64,000 nucleotides of DNA from Octopus vulgaris (Eukaryota), in NCBI GenBank assembly GCA_951406725.2, contig OX597819.1:124186001-124250000 (forward strand), in the 5' to 3' direction. The notes beneath the pieces are model-generated. The model was not told where the DNA came from and did no database searches. It saw nothing but the letters and a program-made list of their open reading frames with translations. Positions 61,325 to 64,000 of the stretch are shown here, one piece after another (positions within the stretch are counted from its first letter, which is position 1; every line of letters begins with the position of its first letter). Made by a program: the position numbers and the translations under genes.

Positions 61325-61722
61325 GGGTGGCTTTTAAGCCAGCTCCTGTGGAGGGCTGTTCATTGGGCCTTGTGCCTAACAATGACACTTCATGCATTCA
61401 GTACATATTAAATTTTATTAAACTTGACCAATATTTTTCAAGCAATGAACAATTTTCTTCAAAACTATGATATAATTTGTTGACTTGGAACTTATTGCAA
61501 AACTGCATGACAAACATTTTTAGTCTCCCTATTCAGGGATCAGCACAATGTTGTTTACCATGCAGCTTTGCAATAAGTTCTAAGCCGACAAATTGTATCA
61601 TTGCTTTGATGAAAATTGTTCATTGGTTGAGAAATCTAACATGTACACAATGCATGAAATGTCTATGTTGGGCCTGAGGCCTAATGAAGAGCCCAGTACA
61701 GGATCTAGTTTAAAAGCCACCC
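61325..61722. mobile_element. ~400-bp foldback/palindromic element (MITE-like)
   Basis: gggtggcttttaagccagctcctgt... pairs with ...acaggatctagtttaaaagccaccc, and the pairing continues inward to ~61520-61545. Confidence 0.85.
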
Positions 61723-62814
61723 TATCAGGCAGCTTCTAAGCTAGTCAAACATATAGCAAGAGGAATTTTTTTTTAAATATTTTATTTCAGTTTAAATAGA
61801 ATAATTACATCTTAAATTGTTCCTAAGACACAACTAATCCTTGCAAGTTGAGCAAGCCTTCAGGGTATAATAATAGGAAAGAGATCATGTTCTTGAATGG
61901 AAAAGGGGGATAAACTGTTTACCTAATCAATTTTTTTTTTGTTTTTGTGTGATAATTCAACAGGAGACTATTTTAAGGGAAAACAACATTTTAAAGGTCA
62001 TATGAAAACCAATTTTAAAAATATATGAAGAAAAATTCTTAATTTTACAATATGAAATAGGAACACTGAAGTGGTCAAAGTGATATACTGAAGTAACCAG
62101 AAATTGTAAAACAAAATATCTTCATTAATTTTATAAACAAGGCACTAATAGCTAAAATTTAGCCTGTTTTTAAAGTTACAAAACTGTATATTCTGTGAAT
62201 AAACCTGATGAAACACATAGTTAAATGGCAAGAGAAAAAAACAGTTATAAGCTGTCAAGTGACGTGAAGAAAATAATCATTTGAAGTCACAACCCTGCCA
62301 ACCACAATGGAGACAAAACAATGCCACTGGTGAAGCAGCAGGATTGTCCAATAAGAATTCAGTTTATAAAGAATTTACACCCCCACCCTCTACAAAACAA
62401 CAAATTTCAATTATTTTACACTATGTTAAATTGCATTGAATTCTCTTAAGTGCACGCTGAGAGTAAGGCACACTTCTATCATCTGAATATAAAATAATCT
62501 GTAATCTAATTTCAAGAGGAATGTGAATAATGAAAACATTTACAGAACAAAAATGAAATGTCTGATGTCAAATGATATTATAAACCACAGAAATCATAAA
62601 GAAAGAAAAAGAAGTTGTGGTTTAAATTTAACATTTAGATCTTTTTTTTTTTTTTGTGACGAGACACATCAAGTTGGGTATAAGACAATGGCAGTGATGG
62701 AGAGAAAAATAAATCTGAGCGAAATCACCTCTCTTCTCTACATTCTACAAATGATTTCAAGTCATTTGTCAGAATTACTGGATGAATGTCCAATATAATT
62801 TTTAATTTCTCCAC

Positions 62815-62994
62815 CTATTCATCCTCTTCGTCATCATCTTCATCTTCTTCCTCCTCTTCTTCATCAGCCTCTTCCTCTTCTTCGGCTTCCTCTTCATCAT
62901 CATCAGCCTCCTCCTCATCATCCTCTTCCTCCTCCTCTACAACGACCTTCGCTTTCTTGACTGAAGGAGCACCTTTAATTTGTTCACCACTTCT
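62815..62994 (-). CDS. HMGB: HMGB-type gene, last coding exon (acidic tail)
   Basis: Acceptor cttatag. Encodes RSGEQIKGAPSVKKAKVVV plus a 40-residue D/E tail. TAG at 62815-62817. Confidence 0.95.
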   Translation of the reverse strand, partial: RSGEQIKGAPSVKKAKVVVEEEEEDDEEEADDDEEEAEEEEEADEEEEEEDEDDDEEDE

Positions 62995-63118
62995 CTATAA
63001 GCAACAAAAATTTTTAAAAAAAGCTTAAACTGACGTTTTCTTTCATCAAAAATCATCTTTCAATACAAATTTCTTTTTGGGGGATTTTTAGCTAAAGGGA
63101 CAATCAAGCTAACATTAC

Positions 63119-63225
63119 CTTTTTGTATTCAGCAATTGCTACATCGTATTTCTTCTTTTCTTCTCGATTTCTCTTCTCATACGGTTTCTTAACGTCATCT
63201 GTCATCTTTCTCCACTCTTCTCCAG
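63119..63225 (-). CDS. HMGB: HMGB-type gene exon (HMG box B, second half)
   Basis: ttttag|...AGEEWRKMTDDVKKPYEKRNREEKKKYDVAIAEYKK|gtaatg. Phases are consistent. Confidence 0.95.
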
Positions 63226-63357
63226 CTAAAATAAACATGCAATATATATATATATATTTCAAAAACTAGATGCATAACGGATAATGCTTTATTTAGTTCA
63301 TCACAATCATAGAAATTACAAAGAAATCTCAAATAAAAAAATGAAAATATTACAAAC

Positions 63358-63496
63358 CTAATCTGAGTATCTCTTTGTGATCAATACCCTTCCCATTCAT
63401 TTTCACTCTGAAGTCATTTAAGAACAGGAAATATGAAGACTGTGGTCTCTTTGGTTTATTTGGATCACCTGAATTTTTCTGTTTATAATCTGACAT
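63358..63496 (-). CDS. HMGB: HMGB-type gene exon (linker + HMG box B, first half)
   Basis: ctatag|MSDYKQKNSGDPNKPKRPQSSYFLFLNDFRVKMNGKGIDHKEILRL|gtttgt. Confidence 0.95.
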
Positions 63497-63601
63497 CTAT
63501 AGATATGAAAGAAATAAAACAGTAAATATAGACCTCTGTGATACATCGAGCCTACTTTTTACATACACTGACTTTCATTAAACATGCTTAGTATATCTTA
63601 C

Positions 63602-63712
63602 CTCTTTAACGTATCTGGCTTTATCCTTGGCAGCTTTCTCATCAAAGGGCTTTTTCTGTACAGCAGTTAGAGCCTTCCATTTTTCTGAGCATTCTTTGGT
63701 AAAATCTGAAAC
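63602..63712 (-). CDS. HMGB: HMGB-type gene exon (HMG box A, second half)
   Basis: tgttag|VSDFTKECSEKWKALTAVQKKPFDEKAAKDKARYVKE|gtaaga. Confidence 0.95.
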
Positions 63713-63842
63713 CTAACAAAATAACTCGTTACAACAAAGAAAAATTCAATACCACATTCCAAACAAGCCTAATTAATAACTGCACCAGTCCAACTCACAG
63801 TCCAAGAGTCTTAAAGCATAGTATCTATAGTATCCAACTTAC

Positions 63843-63988
63843 TTTAGGAATGGTTGTGCCTGATTTATTAGCCTGCTCTCTGCAATGTGCCATATAATAA
63901 AAGTAAGCAGATGTAGTCCGTTTGGGCCTATTAACATCCTTCGGCTTCTTTTTCTTACGGCCTTTGGCTGCCGCTGCAGGAAGACGAC
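63843..63988 (-). CDS. HMGB: HMGB-type gene exon (basic N-terminus + HMG box A, first half); start codon lies outside the window
   Basis: ttctag|(G)RLPAAAAKGRKKKKPKDVNRPKRTTSAYFYYMAHCREQANKSGTTIPK|gtaagt. Confidence 0.95.
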
Positions 63989-64000
63989 CTAGAAATGCAA

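Noticed and set aside
62786-63028. Poly-Ser ORF on the plus strand
   Set aside because: It is the antisense reading of the HMGB acidic tail.

Overview
AT-rich, repeat-dense animal genomic DNA. The SINE/LINE repertoire suggests a coleoid cephalopod, probably Octopus; this is recalled, not searched. There are two host genes, both on the minus strand: a five-exon HMGB-type gene with two HMG boxes and an acidic tail (62815-63988, start exon outside the window) and the first coding exon of a RASSF1/5-like C1-domain gene (29730-30393), whose intron appears to cover the left ~29.7 kb. Most of the rest is decayed mobile DNA. It includes an RTE LINE family with a PHD finger inside the reverse transcriptase, a full-length TSD-flanked RTE, a cluster of Tx1/L1 elements, Penelope-like GIY-YIG fragments, mariner and maT (DD37D) remnants, TTAA MITEs, foldback elements, several tRNA-derived SINE families and microsatellites. 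The best candidate for a new system is a ~270-nt non-coding retroelement that joins a tRNA-like Pol III head to a minimal Penelope-type hammerhead ribozyme (46377-46755 and 58038-58310). One locus has the head-to-head partial inversion typical of Penelope-like insertions. Other degenerate hammerhead-like motifs are scattered through the window. All coordinates were read by eye, and repeat boundaries are approximate unless a TSD is quoted.
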